Under the pieces are notes generated by a model. That model was not told the origin of the DNA. It saw only the letters and a program-made list of their open reading frames with translations, and did not search any database. This document shows positions 49,742 to 58,985 of a DNA stretch of 64,000 bases, piece by piece (positions within the stretch are counted from its first letter, which is position 1; the number at the start of each line of letters is the position of its first letter). The position numbers and the translations under genes were made by a program. The DNA is from Polyangiales bacterium (GTDB lineage: Bacteria; Myxococcota_A; Polyangia; Polyangiales; JADJQN01). The stretch spans positions 160,001 to 224,000 of the forward strand of contig CAXNJO010000002.1 of NCBI GenBank assembly GCA_964202905.1. Direction: 5' to 3'.

Positions 49742-51130
49742 ATGACGGATCGCGACGCGCCGCCTTCGCTGCTCTTGCTCGCCGGGCCGACCGCCTCCGG
49801 CAAGACAGACGTGGCCGTCACGCTCGCGCTCCGCCTCGGCGGCGAGTTGATCGGTGCCGACAGCGTGCAGGTGTACCGCGGCTTCGACCTCGGCTCCGCC
49901 AAGCCGCGCGGCCCCGAGCTGCGCGGGGTCCCGCACCACCTGCTCGACGTCGCCGACGCCGACGCCCCGCTCGACGCGATGGCCTATGCGCGCCTCGCCG
50001 ATCGCGCGATCGCGGACGTCCGCGCGCGCGGGCGCCTCCCCATCGTCGTGGGTGGTACGGGGTTGTGGCTGCGGGCGCTCGTCCGGGGACTCGTCGAGGT
50101 GCCGGCGGTCGATCCGAGCCTCCGCGCGCGCCTCGAGGAAGAAGCCTCGCTGCGCGGCGCACCGGCGCTCCACGCGCGCCTCGCGGAGGTCGATCCTCGC
50201 GCGGCGGCGCGCATCCACCCGAACGATCGCCTGCGGATCGTGCGCGCGCTCGAGGTCTTCGCGCAGACGGGGACACCGCTCGGCGCGTTGCAGGCCGCGC
50301 ACGCGCTCGGCGCCCCGCGCTACGCGCTGCGCATGGTCGCGCTCGATCGCGCGAACGAGGAGCTCTATCCGCGCATCGAGGCGCGCGTCGCCGCGATGCT
50401 GCGCGCGGGCTTCGCCGACGAGGTGCGCGGCCTCGTCGCGCAGCACGGCGAGGATGTGCGGGCGCTGCAGTCGGTCGGCTACCGCGAGATGGTCGAGCAC
50501 GTCGCGCGCGGGGTGACGCTCGAGGAGACCACCGCGCGCATCCTCCAGAGCACGAAGACGTACGTGCGGCGGCAGCGCACCTGGCTGAAGAACGAGCCCG
50601 GGATCGACCGCCGGATGCACCCGGACGCGCTGCTCGGGGCGGAAGGCGCGCGCTGGCTCGCGGAGTGCGGCTGGCGCATGCCCGCGCGGCGCACCGCGCT
50701 TGTCAGCGCGCAGGCCCCCGGCGATGATGCGCGCGTGTCGCAGCAGCCTCCCCCGCCGCGTCCGGTGTTGCTCGTCGGCGAAGACGTGGCGCTCCGCGAC
50801 CTCTTCGGGCACCTGCTCGAGCTGCGCGGGCACGAGGTGCTCGCCGCACGCGACATCGACGACGCGGTGCGGCGCTGCCAGGGCGAGTCGGTCGGCGTCG
50901 TCGTGATCGAGAACGTGCTGCCGGGCAGCTCGTGGACGGCGCTCGCGCGCTCGCTGAGCGAGCAGCTCGGCGCGGACGCGCCGCCCGTCGTGATGCTGAG
51001 CGGCAGCTGGGCGCAGGGCGATCCCGCGGCGTCGCAGCCGGGCGTGCGCACGATGATGGCGCCCCACCGCGCCGAGCAGCTGCTCGACCTCGTCGCGCGC
51101 TACTGCCGCGAGATCGGCCGCCTGGCCTGA
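49742..51130 (+). CDS. miaA: tRNA dimethylallyltransferase, open in frame into a C-terminal receiver-like domain
   Basis: GPTASGKT, ADSVQVYRGFDLGSAKP, VGGTGLW, RIVRALEV, VGYRE and YVRRQRTW; no stop until 51130. Confidence 0.9.
   Translation: MTDRDAPPSLLLLAGPTASGKTDVAVTLALRLGGELIGADSVQVYRGFDLGSAKPRGPELRGVPHHLLDVADADAPLDAMAYARLADRAIADVRARGRLPIVVGGTGLWLRALVRGLVEVPAVDPSLRARLEEEASLRGAPALHARLAEVDPRAAARIHPNDRLRIVRALEVFAQTGTPLGALQAAHALGAPRYALRMVALDRANEELYPRIEARVAAMLRAGFADEVRGLVAQHGEDVRALQSVGYREMVEHVARGVTLEETTARILQSTKTYVRRQRTWLKNEPGIDRRMHPDALLGAEGARWLAECGWRMPARRTALVSAQAPGDDARVSQQPPPPRPVLLVGEDVALRDLFGHLLELRGHEVLAARDIDDAVRRCQGESVGVVVIENVLPGSSWTALARSLSEQLGADAPPVVMLSGSWAQGDPAASQPGVRTMMAPHRAEQLLDLVARYCREIGRLA
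50735..51130 (+). CDS. Atypical (pseudo) receiver domain, possibly an independent gene
   Basis: VLLVGED...GHEV...VVVIENVLPG...PVVMLSG; own candidate promoter TTGTCA-N17-GATGAT-N6-GTG. Confidence 0.65.
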   Translation: MSQQPPPPRPVLLVGEDVALRDLFGHLLELRGHEVLAARDIDDAVRRCQGESVGVVVIENVLPGSSWTALARSLSEQLGADAPPVVMLSGSWAQGDPAASQPGVRTMMAPHRAEQLLDLVARYCREIGRLA

Positions 51131-51155
51131 ACGCGCGCGGCCCCAGGCGCGGCGG

Positions 51156-52571
51156 CTAGATGTGGATTGACTTCCACTCGCCGCGCCGGAACTTCCAGAT
51201 CATCGCGAGCGTGAGCAGCGAGACGTAGACCGCCGCGGACGTCCACACCCCGATGAGCCCGAGCCCGAGCACGACGCCGAAGAGGTAGGCGCCCGGGACG
51301 AGCCAGACGAGGTGCAGGAGCAGCTCGACGACCATCACGAAGCGCGTGTTGCCCGCGCCGAAGAGCGCCTGCGTCAGGATCATGCCCGTCGCGATGATCG
51401 GACCGCAGGCGCCCATGAGTTGCAGGCTCGGCGTCGCGGCCGCGATGACGCCGGGCGAGCGGTTGAACACGCCGATGAGCGGCGCGGGCAGCGCGATCTC
51501 GAGCAGACCGAGCACCGCGAACGCCATCGCGCCGAGCTTCACGCTGGCCCAGGCGACGCGCTCGGCGCGTTCGGGACGGCCCGCGCCGAGCTCCTGCGAG
51601 ACGAGCGTCGCGGTCGCGACACCGAACGCCATGCAGGAGAAGAACGTGATCGAGAGCACCTGGATGATGATCGTCGTCGCCGCGCCGTAGATCGACTCGG
51701 TGCCGCCCGCCGCGAGATGCGCCGCATCGAGCCCCTCGACGATGCGCCGGAACAGCAGGAAGCCCGACATGATCACGGCCGTCGCGATGCCCGACGGCAC
51801 GGAGATGCGCGCGAGCTCCCGCATCGTGGAGGCCGAGAGGCTGCCAGCGTAGGGCGCGCGCTCGACGCGATCGGCGCGCGAGAAGGAGAAGAGCGCCACG
51901 ACGAGGAAACCGACCCACGACGAGGCCATGCCGGCGACGCCCGCGCCCTCGACGCCCATCCGCGGCGCGCCGTGGTGGCCGAAGATCAGCAGCCAGCAGA
52001 GGACGAGGTTGACGACGTTCATCACGATGGCCGCGACGAAGTGCACGTAGGTGCGGCCCGTCCCGTCGAAGTACGCCTTGTAGGCCGCGGTCGCGACCAT
52101 CGACACCACGCCGAGGAAACGCCACTGCGTGTACGCGGTGCCGAGCGCGGCGCTGTTCGCGTTGTCGGGCATGAGCACCGCGAAGGCGGCCTCGATGAAG
52201 AAGTAGCCGACGATCGAGGCGACGAGGCTCGCGATCGAGGCGAGCACGACCGCGTTCTTCAGCACCGCGCCGGCGGCGCGCGGATTGCCGGCGCCCGTGC
52301 GGCGCGCGACCATCGCCTGCGTGCCGACGGAGATCGCGGAGAAGAAGCCGCCGACCGCCCACAGCAGGATGAGCGAGTTCGAGAGGACGGATTGTCCGTC
52401 CGAGCGATCCGGCTCCGGCAGGTAGCCGAAGAAGACCGTGTCGACGATGTTCACGCCCGTCTGCGTGAGGAAGGCGAGCATCGCCGGGATGGCCAGCACG
52501 AGGATGCGCCGGACGTCTTCGCGCGCGAGGAAAGGAGCCGGCTCGGCGCGCTCCGTGGACTCGTTGGCCAT
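51156..52571 (-). CDS. MATE family efflux transporter
   Basis: LAIPAM...VDTVFFG, VGTQAMVARRTGAG, MGVEGAG, ATLVSQELGAG, GAGNT and FRRGEWK. Confidence 0.93.
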   Translation of the reverse strand: MANESTERAEPAPFLAREDVRRILVLAIPAMLAFLTQTGVNIVDTVFFGYLPEPDRSDGQSVLSNSLILLWAVGGFFSAISVGTQAMVARRTGAGNPRAAGAVLKNAVVLASIASLVASIVGYFFIEAAFAVLMPDNANSAALGTAYTQWRFLGVVSMVATAAYKAYFDGTGRTYVHFVAAIVMNVVNLVLCWLLIFGHHGAPRMGVEGAGVAGMASSWVGFLVVALFSFSRADRVERAPYAGSLSASTMRELARISVPSGIATAVIMSGFLLFRRIVEGLDAAHLAAGGTESIYGAATTIIIQVLSITFFSCMAFGVATATLVSQELGAGRPERAERVAWASVKLGAMAFAVLGLLEIALPAPLIGVFNRSPGVIAAATPSLQLMGACGPIIATGMILTQALFGAGNTRFVMVVELLLHLVWLVPGAYLFGVVLGLGLIGVWTSAAVYVSLLTLAMIWKFRRGEWKSIHI

Positions 52572-52660
52572 CGGGTTGGGGGCGGTATAGGACGCCCCGC
52601 GCGGCCCGGCAATCGAAGGACCCGCGCGCTGCGCTCGGGGTCGGCGCGGTCCGCGCGACC

Positions 52661-54157
52661 TCAGCTGCGCCGGAGCCGCGCGATCACGTCGCGCGGGGCG
52701 CGCACGCGCAGGTGCGTGCCGCGCTCGTCGTACGTCTCCTCGAGGACGCGGGCCTCGGCGTGCGCCTCGGCGACGCGGCGTCCCTCGGCGTACGGGAAGA
52801 ACAGCGTCGCCTCTTCCATCCGCTCCTCGAAGGTCTCGATGATGCGGACGCGGAGGCGCGCGACGTCCGCGGGGTCGCGCGCGCTCATCGCGAAGGCATC
52901 CGGGAACTCGACGGTGAGCGCGGCGCGTGCGGCCACGGCGACGCGGTCCATCTTGTTGAGGACCAGCAGGAGGCGCTGCGCGTCGGGGCCCGTCTCCGCG
53001 GGGGTCTGCGCGTCGGGCGACGCGCCGCGCATCTCGGCGAGCACCTGCTGCGTCACCGCGAGCTGCGCGCGGAAGGCGGGATCCGAGGCGTCGACGACGT
53101 GCAGCAGGAGGTGCGCCTCCTCGGCCTCCTCGAGCGTCGAGCGGAAGGACGCGACGAGATCGTGCGGGAGCTGCTTGATGAAGCCGACGGTGTCGGACAC
53201 GAGCACCCGCGGCCGCGACTCGGGCTGCAAGGGACGCACCGTGGTGTCGAGCGTCGCGAAGAGCTTGTCGGCGACGTAGACCTCGCTGCCGGTGAGCGCG
53301 CGCATGAGCGAGGATTTGCCGGCGTTCGTGTAGCCGACGAGCGCGACGGTCGCCTGATCCGCGCGGCGCTTGCGGCGCGTGCCGCTGTCGCGCTCGATCG
53401 CGGCGAGCTCTTCGCGCAGCTCGGCGATGCGGTCGCGGATCTTGCGGCGGTCGAGCTCGAGCGCGCTCTCGCCCGCGCCCTTGCCGCCGACGCCGCCGCG
53501 CACGCGGTCGCCGCCGCCGCCGACGCCCTCGCGGAGCCGTGGCGTGAGGTAGCCGAGGCGCGCGATCTCGACCTGCAACCGCGCCTCGCGCGTGCGCGCG
53601 TGGCGATGGAAGATGGCGAGGATCACGGCCGTTCGGTCGAGCACCTCGCCGCCCGTCGCGCGCTCGAGGTTGCGCGCCTGCGAGGGCGAGAGCTCGTGGT
53701 CGACGAGCACCATCGTCGCGACGACGCCGCGCGGCGGAACCGTCGGGAAGCCGGGGCCGTCGGCCTCGTCCTCCTCGGGGGCGGTGTCGGGCTCGTCGTC
53801 CTCCGGGAGCGCGGCGTCGGCCTCGAGCGTCTCGGGCAGCGCGGCGTCGGCGTCTTCGTCCGCGTCGGAGGCGGCATGCGCGCCGGCCTTCGTGACCTTC
53901 TTCTTCGCGGCGCTCGGGATGACGCCCGACCCGCCCGTCCACGCGGCGAGGTCGCGGAGCTTGCCGGCGCCGATCACGGCCGCGCGGGCGAGCGCGCTGC
54001 GCTTCTGCACGACGCAGCCGACGACGTCGAGGCCGAGCGTCGTGGCGAGTCGCGCGAGCTCCTCGAGAGACGAGCGGTGCTCGGCCGCGTCGAGGCCGGG
54101 CAGGCGCACGCCGACGATCACGGCCTTTGGACGTTCTTCGGGATCGAGGGGTTCCAA
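52661..54157 (-). CDS. hflX: Ribosome-splitting GTPase HflX, with acidic insert in the N-terminal domain
   Basis: ELSPSQARNLE, VLDRTAVIL, GAGES, GYTNAGKSS, LFATLDTT, DTVGFI and NKMD; start approximate (TTG 54157). Confidence 0.95.
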   Translation of the reverse strand: MEPLDPEERPKAVIVGVRLPGLDAAEHRSSLEELARLATTLGLDVVGCVVQKRSALARAAVIGAGKLRDLAAWTGGSGVIPSAAKKKVTKAGAHAASDADEDADAALPETLEADAALPEDDEPDTAPEEDEADGPGFPTVPPRGVVATMVLVDHELSPSQARNLERATGGEVLDRTAVILAIFHRHARTREARLQVEIARLGYLTPRLREGVGGGGDRVRGGVGGKGAGESALELDRRKIRDRIAELREELAAIERDSGTRRKRRADQATVALVGYTNAGKSSLMRALTGSEVYVADKLFATLDTTVRPLQPESRPRVLVSDTVGFIKQLPHDLVASFRSTLEEAEEAHLLLHVVDASDPAFRAQLAVTQQVLAEMRGASPDAQTPAETGPDAQRLLLVLNKMDRVAVAARAALTVEFPDAFAMSARDPADVARLRVRIIETFEERMEEATLFFPYAEGRRVAEAHAEARVLEETYDERGTHLRVRAPRDVIARLRRS

Positions 54158-54204
54158 GACGCCGCGAGCGTGCGTGCCCCGGCCGGGGCGCGCAACCGGC
54201 GCCG

Positions 54205-57200
54205 TCAGCGCCGGTAGGCCCAGAGCACCGTCTCGCTCGAGACGGCGCCGCGGTCGACGACGAGCTGTTGGTAGGCGCTGCCCATGCGCACATCCGTCAC
54301 GTGCTGCCCGAACTGCGTGTGGAGGTAGTGCGTGAGCTCGCCGACCGTGAGGACGCGGTCCTGTGGGTCGTTGTCGGCGGCGCCCTGCATGGCGTTCCGG
54401 ATGAAGTGGCTGAGGTAGCCGCCGGCCTCGAACTGCTGCGCGACGCCGGAGGTGACGTCCTCCTCGGAGGAGAAGAGCCCGATGCGGCCGGGGCGCGTGA
54501 TGACGTCCTTCGCGAAGCCGCCGGCGAAGCACGAGTCGAGTGCGAGGATCGACGTGCGCGCGCGGACGGAGTCGAAGAGCGAGCCCATCTCGTCGTCGAG
54601 CAGCTCGCCGTCGTAGAGCACGAGGCTCTCGTCGTTCCCGTCGATCTCACGCGTGTCGGTGCTGCCCGGGCGGCGGTTGCCGTGCCCAGAGTAGAAGAAC
54701 ACGAAGACGTCGTCGGGCCCCATCTGCTGCGCGAAGCGCTGGATCGCGCCGCGCACCGCGCCCACGGTGGCCTGCCCGTCGGTGAGCACGACCTGCGTCG
54801 AGCCGTCGACGAGCCCACCCTGCGTGAGCGTCTCGCTCATCTTGCGGGCGTCGTTCGCGCACTCCGGCAGGTCGTTGACGCCACCGGGGTAGTCGGTGAT
54901 GCCGGCGAAGACGCCGAACACGCGCCCGCCCTGCTGCGGGCCGCCCGCCGCGATGCTGCCCGGCCCCGGACCCGCGCCGGGGACCGAGGCGCCGCGGCCG
55001 AACGTGAGCGTGTAGGCGCCCGTCTCGCCCGCGCGGTAGCTCGTCACCTGGATCGTGTAGGAGCCGGACTCGGCCATCGGCAGATCGATGCCGGCGTCGC
55101 GCACGCCGGGCGTGAGGTCGTCGTTGTCGACCTGCCGGCCCGAGGGCGTGCGCACGATGAGGTACGGGTCGAACGCCGTCGACGTCAGCCGCAGCTGCAC
55201 GCCCGCGCCCTGCGGGAGCGTCACGGTGTGCGTGTCGACGAACTCACCCGAGGGCAGCGTCTGATCGCCGCGCGCGAGCGAGCCGCGGATCGGCGCCGCG
55301 CCGCCCGTGGGGGCCGGCTCCGTCGCGGGCGGATTGCCCGGCGGTGCGGCGGGCTGCGCGCCGGGGGCACCGATGACGAGCTCGTAGGCCCCGGACATGC
55401 CGGGGCGGTAGCTCGTCGCGACGATGCGGTAGTCGCCCGCCTCGCTCGCCTGGAGCGTGAGCGCAGAGTTCGTCGTGCCCTGCGCGACGTCGTCGTTGGT
55501 CTCCTGGCGCCCCGAGGGCGTGGTCACGGTGAGCAGCGTGTCGAACTCGGTCGAGTGCAGTTGCAGCTGCACCGTCGCGCCCGCCGGGAGCGTGACGACC
55601 TCCTCGTCGAAGAACTCGCCCGCAGGCAGCGTGCGGTCGCCCTGTGCGAGCGTGCCGCGCACGGTGCGGAAGGTCGGACCCGACGCGGCCGCCCCGCCGA
55701 CCGCGCCGCCCGCGACCGCGCCGCCCCCGGCCGCCGCTGCGACGGCCCCGGAGACGGTGAGCGTGTAGGCGCCCTGCTCGCCCGCTCGGTAGCTCGTCGC
55801 GGTCAGCCGGTGCGGGCCCGTCTGCGTCACGACGTAGTCGAGGCCCGCCGTGCGATCGGTGGGGGTGAGATCGTCGTTGTCGGCCTGCGGCCCCGAGGGC
55901 GGGTGCACGATGAGGTACGGGTCGAAGGCCGCGGACGCGAGGCGGATCCGCACCGTGGTCCCCGCGACGAGGTCGACGGTGTGCACGTCGGACAGCTCGC
56001 CCGAGCGCAGCTGCGTGTCGCCCGCCGCGAGCGCGCCCTCGATGGTGCGGGTCGCGCCCCCCGAGGGAGCCTGCGCGCCGCCGCCCGCAGGCGGCCCCGC
56101 GGCGACCACCGCGGACGCGCGCTGCGCCGGGAGGACCTTCAGCTCGTAGGCGCCCGTCTCGCCGACGCGGTACGAGGTCGCGAAGACGAGATAGCGCCCA
56201 CCCGCCGTCGCCGCGAGTTCGATCGACGCGTTGCGCGTGCCGCCAGCGTCGTCGTTTTCGACGCGGTGCCCGTTCGGGCCGACGACGACGAGGTAGGCGT
56301 CGAACGCCTCCGACGCGAGATCGATCGCGTAGAACGCCCCCGCGGGGGCCTCGAGCGCGTAGACGTCCGTGAGCTCGTTCGTGAGCAGCGTCTGGTCACC
56401 CTGCGCCAGCGCACCGCGGACGCGCTGGCCGACGCTCACCGGCGCGGCCGTCGGCGCGGTGGGCGTGCGGTGGTTCGCGGCCGTCGCCTCACCGACGCTC
56501 GGCGCGCCCTCGCCTTGCGCGGTGTCGGTGACGGCGACGTTCCAGCGGGCGCCGCGACCGGGCGCCGGCGCGATCACCTGCACCCGGTGCATCTGCGCGC
56601 CCGGCAGCACGAACACGCCGTTCGCCTGCTGCGCGACGGCCTGGCCGCGCGCGTTCGTCACGAGCACGCGCAGCGGGTCCTGGCTCGGCGAGGAGACCGT
56701 GACCGTGACCGGATGGGGGCGCGGCGTGCTCACGACGATCGTGTCGAAGAAGGCCCCGTCGGACGCGGCGCCGTCGCCCGCCTCGAGCGCCCCCTCGGTG
56801 CTCTGGCCGGGACCGAGGAACACGCTCTGCGGCGTGGCCGCGGCCGCGGCAGCGACCACCCCGGGTCCGGTCTGCACGGCGACCGCCGGCGCGGCGCGGA
56901 GCACCACGACGCGGTACGCGCCCGTCGCCGTCGGCGCGAAGCTCGAGACCTGCACCTTGAGCGTGCCGGGGACCGCCGCGACGAGCTCGAGGCGCGAGCG
57001 CTGTCGGTCGCCGTTCCAGTCGTCGTTGACGAGGTGCCCGCCGCCGGGCGCGGTGAGCTCGAGCATCGGGTCGAAGTCGGCCGACGTGACCTCGACGTAG
57101 AGCCGTTCCCCGGCCTGCACGAGCACGTCGTAGCGGTCGGCGTGCGAGAGGCCGACCCGCGCGTCGCTCGCGGCGAGCGCGCCCGTGACGTCGAGGAGCG

Positions 57201-57342
57201 CACCTGGGATGGGTTGCGCCGCGGTCGGCGCTGCGGGGGCGACCGCCGCCGACTGGCCGCCGCACGAGGCGAGCAGCGCGAGCACGAAGGGGGCGAGCCG
57301 GAGCGAACGAACGCGGAGCGACGCGGCGAAGGGCGATGTCAC
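54205..57342 (-). CDS. Lipoprotein with six PPC-type domains and C-terminal caspase-family (C14) protease
   Basis: Lipobox LASC; repeated G.L..GD...D...FD.YL....P.G....NDD...ATSY..GE.GAY units; GITDYPG...L..CANDA, FFYSGHG and LDSCFAG; GAGGAGG SD. Confidence 0.9.
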   Translation of the reverse strand: MTSPFAASLRVRSLRLAPFVLALLASCGGQSAAVAPAAPTAAQPIPGALLDVTGALAASDARVGLSHADRYDVLVQAGERLYVEVTSADFDPMLELTAPGGGHLVNDDWNGDRQRSRLELVAAVPGTLKVQVSSFAPTATGAYRVVVLRAAPAVAVQTGPGVVAAAAAATPQSVFLGPGQSTEGALEAGDGAASDGAFFDTIVVSTPRPHPVTVTVSSPSQDPLRVLVTNARGQAVAQQANGVFVLPGAQMHRVQVIAPAPGRGARWNVAVTDTAQGEGAPSVGEATAANHRTPTAPTAAPVSVGQRVRGALAQGDQTLLTNELTDVYALEAPAGAFYAIDLASEAFDAYLVVVGPNGHRVENDDAGGTRNASIELAATAGGRYLVFATSYRVGETGAYELKVLPAQRASAVVAAGPPAGGGAQAPSGGATRTIEGALAAGDTQLRSGELSDVHTVDLVAGTTVRIRLASAAFDPYLIVHPPSGPQADNDDLTPTDRTAGLDYVVTQTGPHRLTATSYRAGEQGAYTLTVSGAVAAAAGGGAVAGGAVGGAAASGPTFRTVRGTLAQGDRTLPAGEFFDEEVVTLPAGATVQLQLHSTEFDTLLTVTTPSGRQETNDDVAQGTTNSALTLQASEAGDYRIVATSYRPGMSGAYELVIGAPGAQPAAPPGNPPATEPAPTGGAAPIRGSLARGDQTLPSGEFVDTHTVTLPQGAGVQLRLTSTAFDPYLIVRTPSGRQVDNDDLTPGVRDAGIDLPMAESGSYTIQVTSYRAGETGAYTLTFGRGASVPGAGPGPGSIAAGGPQQGGRVFGVFAGITDYPGGVNDLPECANDARKMSETLTQGGLVDGSTQVVLTDGQATVGAVRGAIQRFAQQMGPDDVFVFFYSGHGNRRPGSTDTREIDGNDESLVLYDGELLDDEMGSLFDSVRARTSILALDSCFAGGFAKDVITRPGRIGLFSSEEDVTSGVAQQFEAGGYLSHFIRNAMQGAADNDPQDRVLTVGELTHYLHTQFGQHVTDVRMGSAYQQLVVDRGAVSSETVLWAYRR

Positions 57343-57438
57343 GGACGGACCTCCTCGGAAGCCCGCAATGTACCCGAAGTCGCGTGGTCGGCGTGCGCGC
57401 TTTGCGGCAGCGGGACGCGGGGGTCAACATCGCCCGCG

Positions 57439-58671
57439 ATGCGCCGACGCGTTCGTCCCGGCTCCCCGCGCGAGGGCGGCGCCGCCCCCACCCCCGCGCC
57501 ACGCCGCGAGCCGCTCTTCGCCGCGCTCGATCACGGCGCGATGTCGGCGACGTTCCTCGGCCGCACGGTGCGCCTCACGACCGGGCGCGGTCTGTTCTCC
57601 GCGGATCGCCTCGACGACGGGACGCGCCTGCTCCTCGCGCATCTGCCGCCCGCGCTCGCGCACGACGACGCCGACGTCGACGTGCTCGACCTCGGCTGCG
57701 GCTACGGCGCGCTCGGTCTGCCCATCGCAGCGGCGCGGCCGCGCACGCGCCTCACGCTCGTCGATCGCGATCTCGTCGCGGTCGCGTACGCCGCGGGCAA
57801 CGCCGCGACGCTCGGTCTCGCGAACGCGCATTGCGAGGGCGGCCTCGGATACCGGGACTTGCCGCCGGATGCGCGCTTCGACGTGGTGCTCTGCAACGTG
57901 CCGGCGCGGCTCGGCGACGCCAGCGATCGCGCACCTGTTCGCGGGCGGTGCCGCGCGGCTGCGTCTCGGGCGGCACGCTCCACGCGGTCGTCATCCGCGA
58001 CCTCGGGCCCATGGTCGAGCGCGTCGACCCGGCCGCACGCGAGGTCGCACGGAGCGCGCGGCACATCGTCTACGCACGCGCTGCGGGCGCCGCGGCGGCA
58101 CGCGCCGAGGACGACCCCGCACGTCTACGCGCGGGACACCGTGACGCTCGACGGGCGCGCCCTCGCCCGGCCGCACGACCTCGGCGAGGACCCGGCGCAC
58201 CTGCGCGAGGCGCTCCCGTTGCTGCTCGACGTGCTCCCGCGGCACTGCCCGGCCCGTCGTGCCCTCGTCCTGCGCGGCGGCTACGGGGTCGCGGCGCTCG
58301 CGCTCGCCGCGCGCGGGGCGGACGTCGTCGCCGCCGACCGCGACCTGCTCGCGACGGCCTTCACCCGACGCAACGCGGCGCTGCACGGCCTCGCGGTCGA
58401 GACGCGCGAGGTGGCGTGGCTGCCGGACGCGGCGCGGGACGGCGAGCGCTTCGACCTCGTCGTGGCGGAGACCTCCGACGCAGGCGGCACCGACGCGACG
58501 CTCCGCGAGATCACGAGCGTCCGCAAGCGACTCACGCCGCGCGGCGAGGCGCTCTGGCTCACGCGCGGCAAGCACGTCGACGCGCTCGTGCGCGCCCTCG
58601 AGGCCCACGGACGCGCGCCGCGCCCGCTCGCGACCCGCGGTTCCTTCGCGGTTCTTCGGGACGCCCCCTGA
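57439..58671 (+). CDS. RsmC-like class I SAM methyltransferase with two MTase folds; three compensating frameshifts (about 57915, 57965, 58118)
   Basis: GLFSADRLDDGTRLLL, VLDLGCGYGALG, VDRD and FDVVLCNVP; second domain VLRGGYG...DRDLLA...RRN...RFDLVV. Start 57439 or 57541. Confidence 0.78.
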   Translation: MRRRVRPGSPREGGAAPTPAPRREPLFAALDHGAMSATFLGRTVRLTTGRGLFSADRLDDGTRLLLAHLPPALAHDDADVDVLDLGCGYGALGLPIAAARPRTRLTLVDRDLVAVAYAAGNAATLGLANAHCEGGLGYRDLPPDARFDVVLCNVPARLGDASDRAPVRGRCRAAASRAARSTRSSSATSGPWSSASTRPHARSHGARGTSSTHALRAPRRHAPRTTPHVYARDTVTLDGRALARPHDLGEDPAHLREALPLLLDVLPRHCPARRALVLRGGYGVAALALAARGADVVAADRDLLATAFTRRNAALHGLAVETREVAWLPDAARDGERFDLVVAETSDAGGTDATLREITSVRKRLTPRGEALWLTRGKHVDALVRALEAHGRAPRPLATRGSFAVLRDAP

Positions 58672-58697
58672 GCGCGCGGCACCGCCGCCCGATCCAC

Positions 58698-58853
58698 GAC
58701 ACGGACGCCTCGGCACGCTGCCCCTCGGGACACTGGCCTCTCGAAACGTTGACTCTCGAGACACGGATTCCTCGAAACGCTGACCCTCGAGACACGGACG
58801 TCTCGAGACGCTGACCCTCGAGACACGGGCCCCGCGAGCCGCAGGCCCCTCGA
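58698..58853. repeat. Intergenic 31-bp tandem repeat, about 5 degenerate copies
   Basis: Units begin GACAC at 58698, 58729, 58760, 58791 and 58822; consensus about GACACGGAygyCTCGArACGCTGACCCTCGA. Confidence 0.88.
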
Positions 58854-58985
58854 GGCGGTGGGCCCCGCGAGCCCGGATCTCGGGCCCTGCCAAGGACCCG
58901 TCGGGTGCGGCGCCAATGCTATCCACCGCGGCGCGAGGCGTGCATACTGCGGCCATCGCCTCCGCGACATCCCCGAGGATTCCCC

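Noticed and set aside
51156..54293. Apparent 1045-aa ORF joining the hflX region to the MATE transporter
   Set aside because: The upstream part is an out-of-frame overlap with hflX; MATE starts at ATG 52571.
54205..57342. Caspase as part of a gasdermin, CHAT or CRISPR-linked defence system
   Set aside because: It has a lipoprotein signal, its neighbours are hflX and a methyltransferase, and no effector or sensor is recognisable.
58698..58853. Possible CRISPR array
   Set aside because: Units are contiguous with no unique spacers, and there are no cas genes.
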